NCBI GenBank assembly: GCA_965207885.1
Contig: OZ242311.1
Coordinates: 3,232,001-3,296,000 of the forward strand
From: Candidatus Latescibacterota bacterium
GTDB lineage: Bacteria; Latescibacterota; UBA2968
Length of the DNA stretch: 64,000 nt
Direction of reading: 5' to 3'
The position numbers and the translations under genes are program-made. The notes below the pieces were generated by a model, which had not been told where the DNA came from, ran no database searches, and saw only the letters and a program-made list of their open reading frames with translations. This document shows positions 1 to 8,072 of this stretch, in pieces; within the stretch, counting starts at the first letter, position 1, and every line of letters starts with the position of its first letter.

Positions 1-285
1 GCGCGGATCTCCCGTCAGCCGCCAGGCGAATGCATAATGCTCTATCAGTGCGGTTGCGTACATCCCCGTATAGAACGTCAGGTATAGCTGGTGGTATGGG
101 TGCGGGCTGTGAGGTCGTTCGGGAATTCGTTTCCACGGCCGCTGAAAATAAAAAATCTCGCAATCTGCGAGAATATTCTTAAGGATTCGTTTTCGCGCCT
201 CATCCTCCGGCGGGTCGAATCTGTAATTCGGATCATCCGCGGGATGATACAGCCGGGGATGATCCTCACGCAGAACCTGAACCAT
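1..285 (-). CDS. Partial CDS (runs off the left edge), probable heparinase II/III-like / DUF4962-type N-terminal domain protein
   Basis: Manual translation from ATG 285 is open to position 1: MVQVLREDHPRLYHP...IEHYAFAWRLTGDPR. 'HPRL' and 'AFAWRLTGD' resemble the helical N-terminal domain of heparinase II/III-like lyases. It starts 2 nt after the stop of the preceding gene and is not in the ORF track. Confidence 0.55.
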   Translation of the reverse strand, partial: MVQVLREDHPRLYHPADDPNYRFDPPEDEARKRILKNILADCEIFYFQRPWKRIPERPHSPHPYHQLYLTFYTGMYATALIEHYAFAWRLTGDPR

Positions 286-287
286 AA

Positions 288-668
288 TTATTTCAAAGCC
301 TCATCAATCAAAAATAGATCGGTCAGCAGCGCACGCAAATGGATAGAGGCATTTAAGTTGTCGATCAACTGGGAACTGATGGCGGGCTTGCCCAGCACGA
401 GGTTAATGCCCGCCTGTGCTCTTTTCGCATCGGCATTCATCTCATCCAAAAAATTCCGATAATCCACAAGCTCTCTTTCTTCTGCAATACGCACTGCGGA
501 TTCTCCCAGATTATCGAGCGCGTTATTCATTCCTTTTAGCGCATGTCGGATCTGAGAGTCTGGCCCGTCATCTCCTTCTATACCCTGTGCGGCATAAGCC
601 AGCATCAATTCATAGCCCGACTCTATCGCTTCAATATGTTGCGCCCACTCTGAGAAAACATCTGCCAT
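288..668 (-). CDS. Hypothetical helical protein (126 aa) in the molybdoenzyme operon
   Basis: ORF track; starts 3 nt after the cytochrome b stop; acidic helical composition; no recognisable motif. Confidence 0.75.
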   Translation of the reverse strand: MADVFSEWAQHIEAIESGYELMLAYAAQGIEGDDGPDSQIRHALKGMNNALDNLGESAVRIAEERELVDYRNFLDEMNADAKRAQAGINLVLGKPAISSQLIDNLNASIHLRALLTDLFLIDEALK

Positions 669-671
669 GCG

Positions 672-1298
672 TTATGCGCCTTTTCTTTTTGTATCCCACT
701 TCTCTGGATCGTGATGTGCGCGATATTCCTCGTCTGTAATCCATCCTTTAATCATTGATCGCGTATAAAAAAGTTTCTCTGGGCGTATGGCAAAATAAAC
801 ATGCATCATAATCAGCGGAATAAAACACAGACCCGAAAAATCGTGCAAAACATAAATAATACCCCAGCTTTCGCCTGAGAAAACATAAGGATCGCGCGTC
901 CAGAAAGGCGAATCAATTTTAAGCAACATCAAAATACCCGTCACACAGGCAACCAGACTCATAATCGCCACAATATGGTGATAAATCTTTTGCATCAGCC
1001 AGTATTTGCCGGGCGATACTTTCAAAGCCTTGATCGAACCCGACAGCGAGGAAAGAACGTCTGCAAATTCTCCTCGCGCGATCCACATAGACCGCCAGTC
1101 TTGCCGGGTCATGGCGTAAATAATATGAAACAAAACAGAAGCAGTAAAAATCACCCCAGAAACCCAGTGCAGCGTTACCCATGCAAACTTGATCCCCAAA
1201 ATCGGCAAAAAACCAGTTAGCACCAGAGCGATCATACACGCAGCCATCAACCAGTGATTGATCCGGGTAGCGAGGGTATGTCTCAGCAGGACATTCAT
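672..1298 (-). CDS. Cytochrome b subunit, FdnI/formate dehydrogenase gamma-like
   Basis: Four TM segments with His residues (RINHW, LHW, FHII, YHH, LHD, MMHVY); 'GKY..MQK.YH' and 'SMIKGWI' motifs. Start reassigned to ATG 1298, which overlaps the stop of the upstream small ORF (ATGA). Confidence 0.85.
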   Translation of the reverse strand: MNVLLRHTLATRINHWLMAACMIALVLTGFLPILGIKFAWVTLHWVSGVIFTASVLFHIIYAMTRQDWRSMWIARGEFADVLSSLSGSIKALKVSPGKYWLMQKIYHHIVAIMSLVACVTGILMLLKIDSPFWTRDPYVFSGESWGIIYVLHDFSGLCFIPLIMMHVYFAIRPEKLFYTRSMIKGWITDEEYRAHHDPEKWDTKRKGA

Positions 1299-1450
1299 TG
1301 ACCGTTTTCTTTCACAAAAAAGTGCATATAAATCGCATGCAAAACAATAAACACAACGCCAGCACCTGCAAAATATCCGATCAGATTCCACGAAAGACCT
1401 TCTAAAACCCGCTGTCCCCAGGCATCGCTGGTATATCGAAAAATATCCAT
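1295..1450 (-). CDS. Small single-TM membrane protein (51 aa), below the ORF-track cutoff
   Basis: Manual translation: MDIFRYTSDAWGQRVLEGLSWNLIGYFAGAGVVFIVLHAIYMHFFVKENGQ*. Its ATG overlaps the upstream stop (TGATG) and its stop overlaps the cytochrome b start (ATGA). Confidence 0.75.
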   Translation of the reverse strand: MDIFRYTSDAWGQRVLEGLSWNLIGYFAGAGVVFIVLHAIYMHFFVKENGQ

Positions 1451-2439
1451 CAGCTCTCTCGTATCGCCCGTTTGACCAAACTTTCCATCAGGGGAATCTT
1501 AAACCCATTGTAATTCAGTGGCGTGGCGCCCCGGGTTGCCGCACTCGCCGCGAGATCGGCAGACGCACCATTTTGGAGACTGCCCTTAACCACCTCTTCC
1601 ACAACTGTCAAGCGCAGTGGCACACACGCAACACCGCCGCATGCCATGCGGATATCGACAATCGCATCGTTCTCTACCTTCATCGCAGAGGCAATATTGA
1701 CCAGTGCGAAATCCCAGGTGTTCCTTTCGGCTACCTTTTCAAAATAAAAACGCACATCTGCCCAGGTATTGGGAATCACAATCGACTTGAGCAAATCACC
1801 CGGTTGCAAAATCGTCATGCGCATAATATCCACATCGGGACCAATGAAAAAATCCTCTGCCTGCACCTCTTTTTCCCCATCGCCATTTACAACCACCATA
1901 CGCGCATCGAGAGCAACAAGTGCGGGAGCAGTATCTGAAGGCGACACGGCAATACAACGATCCGCCCCAAAAAGACAATGTTCGCGGTCAATTCCCTCGG
2001 GCGTATCCGCATAACAGGTATTCCCGCCCGCGCGATAACAATCCAGACCATACCGATAATACCAGCACCGCGTATCCTGGCAGACATTGCCTCCAATCGT
2101 TCCCGCATTGCGAATTTGCGGACTGGCGACATGTCGCGCAGCATCGGCCAACACACCGTATTTCTCTTTAATCAGCGCACTTGTCTCAATCTCCGTCAGC
2201 GTGGTCAGTGCACCAATTTCAATCCCATCGGCTGTTTCCCGTATCCCATGCAAATCATCAATACCGTTAATATCGATAACTGCCCTGGGCTTCTTGGCGC
2301 GGTCCTTAAACCAGTCAAAACTATCCTGACCGCCTGCCAGAACCCAACCATCATCGCCATAGCGATCCATTAAATTCAGCGCGTGATCTATTGCAGTGGG
2401 CTGATACAATTCAAAATTAGCCATCATATCTCTGAGCAT
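1450..2439 (-). CDS. Xanthine dehydrogenase family FAD-binding subunit (PaoB/YagS-like) with Cys-rich [4Fe-4S] insert
   Basis: LAGGQD, IGALTTL and ASPQIRNAGTIGGN motifs; insert CQDTRCWYYR...C...C...C as in PaoB and the 4-hydroxybenzoyl-CoA reductase beta subunit. Confidence 0.9.
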   Translation of the reverse strand: MLRDMMANFELYQPTAIDHALNLMDRYGDDGWVLAGGQDSFDWFKDRAKKPRAVIDINGIDDLHGIRETADGIEIGALTTLTEIETSALIKEKYGVLADAARHVASPQIRNAGTIGGNVCQDTRCWYYRYGLDCYRAGGNTCYADTPEGIDREHCLFGADRCIAVSPSDTAPALVALDARMVVVNGDGEKEVQAEDFFIGPDVDIMRMTILQPGDLLKSIVIPNTWADVRFYFEKVAERNTWDFALVNIASAMKVENDAIVDIRMACGGVACVPLRLTVVEEVVKGSLQNGASADLAASAATRGATPLNYNGFKIPLMESLVKRAIRES

Positions 2440-2454
2440 ATCATTTCCCCCTTC

Positions 2455-4851
2455 TCATACCGTATTCACCTGCAGCGCCTTATACGACTGTTCGCGTCCT
2501 GCGGCTGCATTGACAATATGATCGGTCGTCACTGGCATCCGATTAAAATAATGCCCGCCCAGCGCATCTGAAATCGCGCACAAAAGCGCGGCAGCGGCAC
2601 AACCCTGCACAGGCTCACCTATCCCCTTAGCACCAACTGGATTTTGAGGATCGGCGATATCGACCACCTCGGTTTTCATTTCAGACGGAACATCAAGATA
2701 AGATGGCGGCTTGCACTGATAGAGCCCCATATTTGCTGGAAGGCCGTTTTGCGGATCATATACGTACCGCTCCAGCGCAGCCAGGCCAAAACCCATAACT
2801 GCACCGCCTTTGATCTGCGTCTCCAATCCCTGTGGATGTAGCACCGTACCGCACTCTGCAACCCCCACGTAATCCAAAATCTCGTACTTGCCAGTCTCCA
2901 GATCCAATTCAATTTCGATAAGTCCAACGGCCATCGCAGGGACAACGCCTTCGTGCTTCAGATTGTCTTTGGCAACACCGATCAAGCCCGTGCCCGCAAG
3001 CCCAGCCACTGAGGCTTTTGTCATGGCATGGATATCCTCTGGAGCTTCATGACCGTCGTATTTGCCTCCCAGTTCAATTGCGCGTTTTGCAGCATCTGCA
3101 AATCCCATGCTTTTGGATTTATCCGTCTTATGCACAACACGCTCATCGGCCAGATCGTAATCGCCGGGAGAGCCACCCAGGTCCTTTGCTGCAATCTCCA
3201 GCAATTTGTTCTTCGCATCCATAGCCGCAACATAATTCGTGCGCGTCATCGTAAACGAGGTATTGCTCCCCCACTGTGCGTGGTTCCACGGCAAATGACG
3301 GCGGCTATCGCCCCGCTCAATCACGCAATTTTCCCATTTACACGTCAGCACTTCGGCGGCTGCGAGAGACGTTGCAGTGTGCGAAAACGTGCCGAGATTG
3401 CCAACGCCCGAATGAATGTGCAACTTGCCCTCTGGTGTCAAGCGCACCAGGCCATCAAACTTACTCGAACCCGCCGAGTGATAAGCCTGCCCAATTCCCA
3501 CGCCTATAACCTTAGACCCATTTCTTTGGCGGCTTTTTTGCTTTTTTTCTGCCCAATCAAAAGCCTTGCCGCCTTTGTCGAGTGCCTCGCGCATATAAAC
3601 GCTCGTAACAGGTCCTTGCCTGCGCCCGTATTTCGAATCGTTATCGGGTGCATTAATACGCCGAATCGCCAGTTGATCAATGCCCAATTCCTCGGCGGCC
3701 TTGTCGAGCAAAGGCTCGACCACACAGGCGATCTGATTTTGTCCGGGACCGCGCTGTGCCCCCCTGATTGGTGTATTGGTATATACGGGAATCCCTCGAA
3801 AGCGCATGGCTTCGGGCGTATAAACCAGCGAAACCGCATCGCCAGCAGCAGTCCAATCACCACCGCCGCGATAGGCACCATTTTCCTGAATCACGTACAT
3901 ATCCAGCGCACTAATCCGCCCATCGCTGCGAAAACCAATTTTAATTCGCCCCTGAAAACCGTGACGCGCAGATCCGATAAAGTACTCTTCCGCGCGACTA
4001 ATACGCATCATTACGGGGCGTCCGACTTTTTTGGACATAAGCGGCGGAATAGCCATCACGGGATACGCCGTGCCTTTGGAACCAAAACCCCCACCGCAGT
4101 ATTCCGCGATATAGACCAGATCTTCAGAATTCATATCCAGGAGACGAGCCAGATCGCGTGTGGGACGGCTCTGGCTTTGTGTTGCGCCATATACGAAACA
4201 CTTGCCGTTTTCCCATAAAGCCATGCACGACCGAGGTTCCATTGAATGATGCGGATTATTTGCCGTGACAAAGCTCTCATCTACGATCAATTTCGCATTT
4301 TCAAATCCCTGGCCAACCTCGCCATAAGACCACTCAGTTGCGGGTTTGCCCGTTGGACACACATCTTTATCGACAAAATCCCCAGCAGTCCATTTTATTG
4401 TCTCGCTTCCCGAACGCCGGTTGCGAATATTGCCGTCTTCGCGGGCATCTGTACCGCCGGGATAGAGACTCTCCAGAGGATCGAGCGTAAAGGGCAGGGG
4501 TTCATAATCAATCGCAATTTTGTCAATTGCATCCTGTGCAGTCTGCTCGTCGAGCGCGGCAACTGCCAAAATCGGATCCCCTACATAATGGGGATTATTG
4601 GTCAATATGGGATTGTTCGGCGCGTTTTGCTCGGGCACGTCATCAGCCGTTAAAATACCCACAACGCCCTTCATCTTCATCGCTTCAGACACATTGATGT
4701 TGCGAACGCGCGCATGGGGCATCGTGCTCAAAAGCAAGCGACAAAACACCATGCCTTCGGCGCGAAAATCCTCGGCGTATTTTGCCTTACCCGTAACCTT
4801 TGCCGCCACATCTGGCGGCGTAAAATCCTTGCCAATCAATTGATATGCCAT
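2455..4851 (-). CDS. Xanthine dehydrogenase family molybdopterin-binding subunit (PaoC/YagR-like)
   Basis: KVTGKAKYAED, CGGGFGSK, RGPG, QIKGGAVMG and GAKGIGEP motifs; 798 aa. Confidence 0.92.
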   Translation of the reverse strand: MAYQLIGKDFTPPDVAAKVTGKAKYAEDFRAEGMVFCRLLLSTMPHARVRNINVSEAMKMKGVVGILTADDVPEQNAPNNPILTNNPHYVGDPILAVAALDEQTAQDAIDKIAIDYEPLPFTLDPLESLYPGGTDAREDGNIRNRRSGSETIKWTAGDFVDKDVCPTGKPATEWSYGEVGQGFENAKLIVDESFVTANNPHHSMEPRSCMALWENGKCFVYGATQSQSRPTRDLARLLDMNSEDLVYIAEYCGGGFGSKGTAYPVMAIPPLMSKKVGRPVMMRISRAEEYFIGSARHGFQGRIKIGFRSDGRISALDMYVIQENGAYRGGGDWTAAGDAVSLVYTPEAMRFRGIPVYTNTPIRGAQRGPGQNQIACVVEPLLDKAAEELGIDQLAIRRINAPDNDSKYGRRQGPVTSVYMREALDKGGKAFDWAEKKQKSRQRNGSKVIGVGIGQAYHSAGSSKFDGLVRLTPEGKLHIHSGVGNLGTFSHTATSLAAAEVLTCKWENCVIERGDSRRHLPWNHAQWGSNTSFTMTRTNYVAAMDAKNKLLEIAAKDLGGSPGDYDLADERVVHKTDKSKSMGFADAAKRAIELGGKYDGHEAPEDIHAMTKASVAGLAGTGLIGVAKDNLKHEGVVPAMAVGLIEIELDLETGKYEILDYVGVAECGTVLHPQGLETQIKGGAVMGFGLAALERYVYDPQNGLPANMGLYQCKPPSYLDVPSEMKTEVVDIADPQNPVGAKGIGEPVQGCAAAALLCAISDALGGHYFNRMPVTTDHIVNAAAGREQSYKALQVNTV

Positions 4852-5496
4852 TTAAGAAGCCTCCTTTGCCGCATGCATTACTGAGTTTAGATAATTGTCG
4901 TAAGCACCACAGCGACAAAGGTTTCCAGACATGGCAACCCGGGCTTCTTCTCGCGTTGGATCCGGATTGATCTTCAGCAGTGCCACCGCAGACATCACCT
5001 GCCCCGGCGTGCAAAATCCACACTGAGGGCCCAGTTCTTCTATAAATGCTCGCTGAACCGGATGCAACGCGCCATCTTCGCCTTCAAGGCCCTCGACGGT
5101 CACAACCGAACGGCCTCGCACGCGGTGGGTTAAAGTCGAACACGAATACATCGCCACATCATCGACCAGTACTGTACACGCACCGCATTCCCCCCGGTCG
5201 CACCCCAGCTTTGTGCCCGTAAGCCCCAGTTTGTATCGCAAAGTCATCGCCAGTGTTTCCTGTGGCAAAACATCAACGCGACGCACGCGTCCATTTACAT
5301 TGAGAGAAATGAGCCGCTCAACCGCGCCCGGCGCGCTGCCCATATCACCCGCACAGCCTCCAAACACATATCCCATCGCAGAAATAGACGCGCCAGTGGC
5401 AATAATCCCTTTGATAAAATCGCGCCTGGACATCCCCGCTCGACCCATTTCCGCATCATCCAGGAACACGGTCTCGCGAGATAAATTTGTATTCAT
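4852..5496 (-). CDS. (2Fe-2S)-binding subunit with twin-arginine signal (PaoA/YagT-like)
   Basis: SRRDFIK Tat motif; GCDRGECGACTV, QCGFCTPG and NLCRCG cluster motifs; RBS GAGGAGG. Confidence 0.92.
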   Translation of the reverse strand: MNTNLSRETVFLDDAEMGRAGMSRRDFIKGIIATGASISAMGYVFGGCAGDMGSAPGAVERLISLNVNGRVRRVDVLPQETLAMTLRYKLGLTGTKLGCDRGECGACTVLVDDVAMYSCSTLTHRVRGRSVVTVEGLEGEDGALHPVQRAFIEELGPQCGFCTPGQVMSAVALLKINPDPTREEARVAMSGNLCRCGAYDNYLNSVMHAAKEAS

Positions 5497-5541
5497 AGAA
5501 CCTCCTCATGCTTTTTTCTGCCTTTGAATCTGCATTGAACA

Positions 5542-5570
5542 TTTATAGAGAGAAAAAAACAGCCTGTCAA
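5542..5570 (-). promoter_or_regulatory. Putative sigma70 promoter of the molybdoenzyme operon
   Basis: Minus strand TTGACA-17 nt-TATAAA. Confidence 0.6.
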
Positions 5571-5571
5571 C

Positions 5572-6438
5572 TCAGTTTTTAGCACTCGCTTTTTCTTCCG
5601 CTTCGATCAGCGCGGCGACATCTATGCGCCCCGCATTGTGTGGGGGTTGCATAATAGCCTGTTGAAGCGGTGTCAACTCATCCATAAACGGCGCATATTT
5701 CGCGGGATCATTGCCACTCGGCGGGTTGACATACCCCCCTGCGGCATAGCGATATAACAGAGTTCGTCGCTCGTGATCCGCAGTCCACGGCATCGCGCCA
5801 TGTGTCAATGCCTCGGTAAAAATCACTGCAGAACCCGCCTTCATGGGAATATGCTTAAAACAACCCAGGTCCCGCTCCATTCGGCGCACATCCGTCGGGC
5901 ATTCAAAATTTGCCTTATGACTGCCGGGAATACACACAAACCCACCGTCGCCAAGATTGACATCGGCGAGTTGATAACACACGGCAATCAGATTATTCCA
6001 CATCTTCCCATCTTTGCAGAAATACATATGTCCGCCCAAAAATCCACCGCCGCCGTGAAGCAAATGCCCTTCTGCTCCTCTGGTCATGCTAATCCCATTG
6101 GCATTGCCATAGCGAAATCCATTGCCGATCATATCGAGCATATAGTGCATCGTTGGCAAATGAGATAGCAGATCTCGGAAGGGTTGACACCACGGCTTTG
6201 GCCATCTCAAAATACTCCCGATGTCACCACGTCCATGCGTGCCTTCCAGTGCGATAGAAACCTCACTACCGTGTTGACCCGCGCCACCCGACAACCTCAG
6301 TTTCCCCTCTCGAATCCGTATTCTGTCTCGATTGTGATCAATCGCCTCGTTGAGTGCTGCAACCTGATCGGCGGACAAAATATCCTCCACAACCAGATAT
6401 CCATTTACATCAAAAAAATACTTCTCATAAACGTCCAT
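5572..6438 (-). CDS. Phytanoyl-CoA dioxygenase (PhyH) family protein
   Basis: FFDVNGYLVVEDIL, GGFVCIPGSHK, AGSAVIFTEALTHG and ERRTL motifs. Confidence 0.88.
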   Translation of the reverse strand: MDVYEKYFFDVNGYLVVEDILSADQVAALNEAIDHNRDRIRIREGKLRLSGGAGQHGSEVSIALEGTHGRGDIGSILRWPKPWCQPFRDLLSHLPTMHYMLDMIGNGFRYGNANGISMTRGAEGHLLHGGGGFLGGHMYFCKDGKMWNNLIAVCYQLADVNLGDGGFVCIPGSHKANFECPTDVRRMERDLGCFKHIPMKAGSAVIFTEALTHGAMPWTADHERRTLLYRYAAGGYVNPPSGNDPAKYAPFMDELTPLQQAIMQPPHNAGRIDVAALIEAEEKASAKN

Positions 6439-6550
6439 AACAACCTCCTCATGGATTCACCGAAAAATTATAACATAAATTTTAAGTTGAAAACTTCTGA
6501 CCTTCGCCCTATTTTGCCTCGTCATTAAAATGCTTTACACTGGGGGATTC

Positions 6551-8050
6551 ATGTTTGGTCTGCACATCTACGACGTGCTCACACTCGGCGTTTATCTCGT
6601 AGGCATCACCACCATCGGTCTCATTTCATCTCGAGGAGTCAAAGGCACACTCGATTATTTTATGGGTGGGCGCAAGTTTGGCAAAGCCGTGCTCATCATG
6701 CATGCCTTTGGCACCGGAACCCATACCGATGCAGCTGTCAATGTCGTCGGTGCCTCTTACAAAATGGGGATGCGCGGGATATGGTATGCGTGGCTGCCCC
6801 TGTTTTGCACCCCCTTTTACTGGATCATGATGCCTCTTTTCAGGCGCATGCGTTATATCACCACAGGCGACTTTTTTGACGAGCGTTTTGGCAAAGGACT
6901 CGGCCCGGCATATACGGCTTTTGGTGTTCTCTTCTACGTGCTCGCCATGGGAATTATGCTCGAAGGCACGGGAAAAATGGCAAGCGGGATTACCGGCGGC
7001 GTGCTCAGCACGGAAACCTGCATCATTGTCATGACAATCCTATTTGTATCCTATGGCCTGTTAGGTGGCCTACAAGCCGCTGTCATCACGGACTTTATTC
7101 AGGGCATATTCGTCATCGTCCTGTCTTTTTTGCTCTGCCCGTTTCTGCTCGATCAGGTCGGTGGTTTTGCCGGGCTGCATCAAACACTGCCACAGGATGT
7201 CTTTGGACTCACAGCGCCCGATGATCCACCGCCCGGCTATGACCGCATCTCCATCGCATTTGTCATCATACTCACTATCAATACCCTCTTCAACATCCCC
7301 GGGCAGCCCCACTGCATGGAAATGGGTGGCTCTGGCAAAACAGAATGGGAAGGCCGTGTAGGATTTACCTACGGCAACATGATCAAACGCTTTTGCACCA
7401 TTGCGTGGGCATTTATCGGCGTGGGCGCCATGATCATATATCCCAATATAGACGATCCCGAACTCGTCTTTGGCATGGCAACACGCGACCTGCTGCCTGT
7501 TGGTCTCGTCGGTGTCATGCTCGCATCCATGCTCGCAGCTGTTATGTCTTCTTGCGACTCGTTTATGGTCGCCGGATCGGCACTCTTTGTCGAAAATATT
7601 TACAAGCCCTATTTTGCGAAAAAAAAAGAAGACCACCACTATCTCAATGCAGGGCGGATTATGGGCATCCTCATGGTCATCGCGGGCATAGTGGTAACGG
7701 AAATTTTTAGTAGCGTAGTCGAATTGTGGCGTTTTCTCTCGGCACTCCCCGCCTTCTGGGGCATCGCAGTATGGGGCGGCATCTTATGGCGCAGATGCAA
7801 CGGCTACGGCGCGTGGGCTGGCCTGATCAGTTCTGCCCTCGTGTGGTGGATTACCCGCAACTATTTCCATCTGGAGTTCATGGAACAAGTGATCTGGTAT
7901 CTCAGTACGGGCGTTCTACTCACTATTATCGTAAGCCTATCCACACCCCAACAGCCCAAAGCAATACTCGACAAATTCTACACCACTTTGCACACCCCCG
8001 TAGGACAGGAAGACAAACTCAGAGCACTGGGTTACGAAGTTCGGGACTGA
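6551..8050 (+). CDS. Sodium:solute symporter family protein
   Basis: About 13 TM segments; DYFMGGRKFG, GGLQAAVITDFIQG and LAAVMSSCDS motifs. Start placed at ATG 6551. Confidence 0.92.
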   Translation: MFGLHIYDVLTLGVYLVGITTIGLISSRGVKGTLDYFMGGRKFGKAVLIMHAFGTGTHTDAAVNVVGASYKMGMRGIWYAWLPLFCTPFYWIMMPLFRRMRYITTGDFFDERFGKGLGPAYTAFGVLFYVLAMGIMLEGTGKMASGITGGVLSTETCIIVMTILFVSYGLLGGLQAAVITDFIQGIFVIVLSFLLCPFLLDQVGGFAGLHQTLPQDVFGLTAPDDPPPGYDRISIAFVIILTINTLFNIPGQPHCMEMGGSGKTEWEGRVGFTYGNMIKRFCTIAWAFIGVGAMIIYPNIDDPELVFGMATRDLLPVGLVGVMLASMLAAVMSSCDSFMVAGSALFVENIYKPYFAKKKEDHHYLNAGRIMGILMVIAGIVVTEIFSSVVELWRFLSALPAFWGIAVWGGILWRRCNGYGAWAGLISSALVWWITRNYFHLEFMEQVIWYLSTGVLLTIIVSLSTPQQPKAILDKFYTTLHTPVGQEDKLRALGYEVRD

Positions 8051-8072
8051 CAAATCCATTCCGATTTTACAA

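Noticed and set aside
1299-1391. Cys-rich N-terminal extension of the cytochrome b in the ORF track
   Set aside because: It overlaps a better-supported 51-aa ORF in another frame with coupled start and stop codons.
3028-4218. 396-aa + strand ORF, and similar long shadow ORFs (60131-61048, 57748-58545, 50281-51021, 46292-46993)
   Set aside because: They are antisense to well-supported genes and show no motifs; typical shadow frames.
2455-4851. Aerobic CO dehydrogenase CoxL
   Set aside because: The AYxCSFR loop is absent (the region reads GAQRGPG), and the small subunit has a Tat signal.
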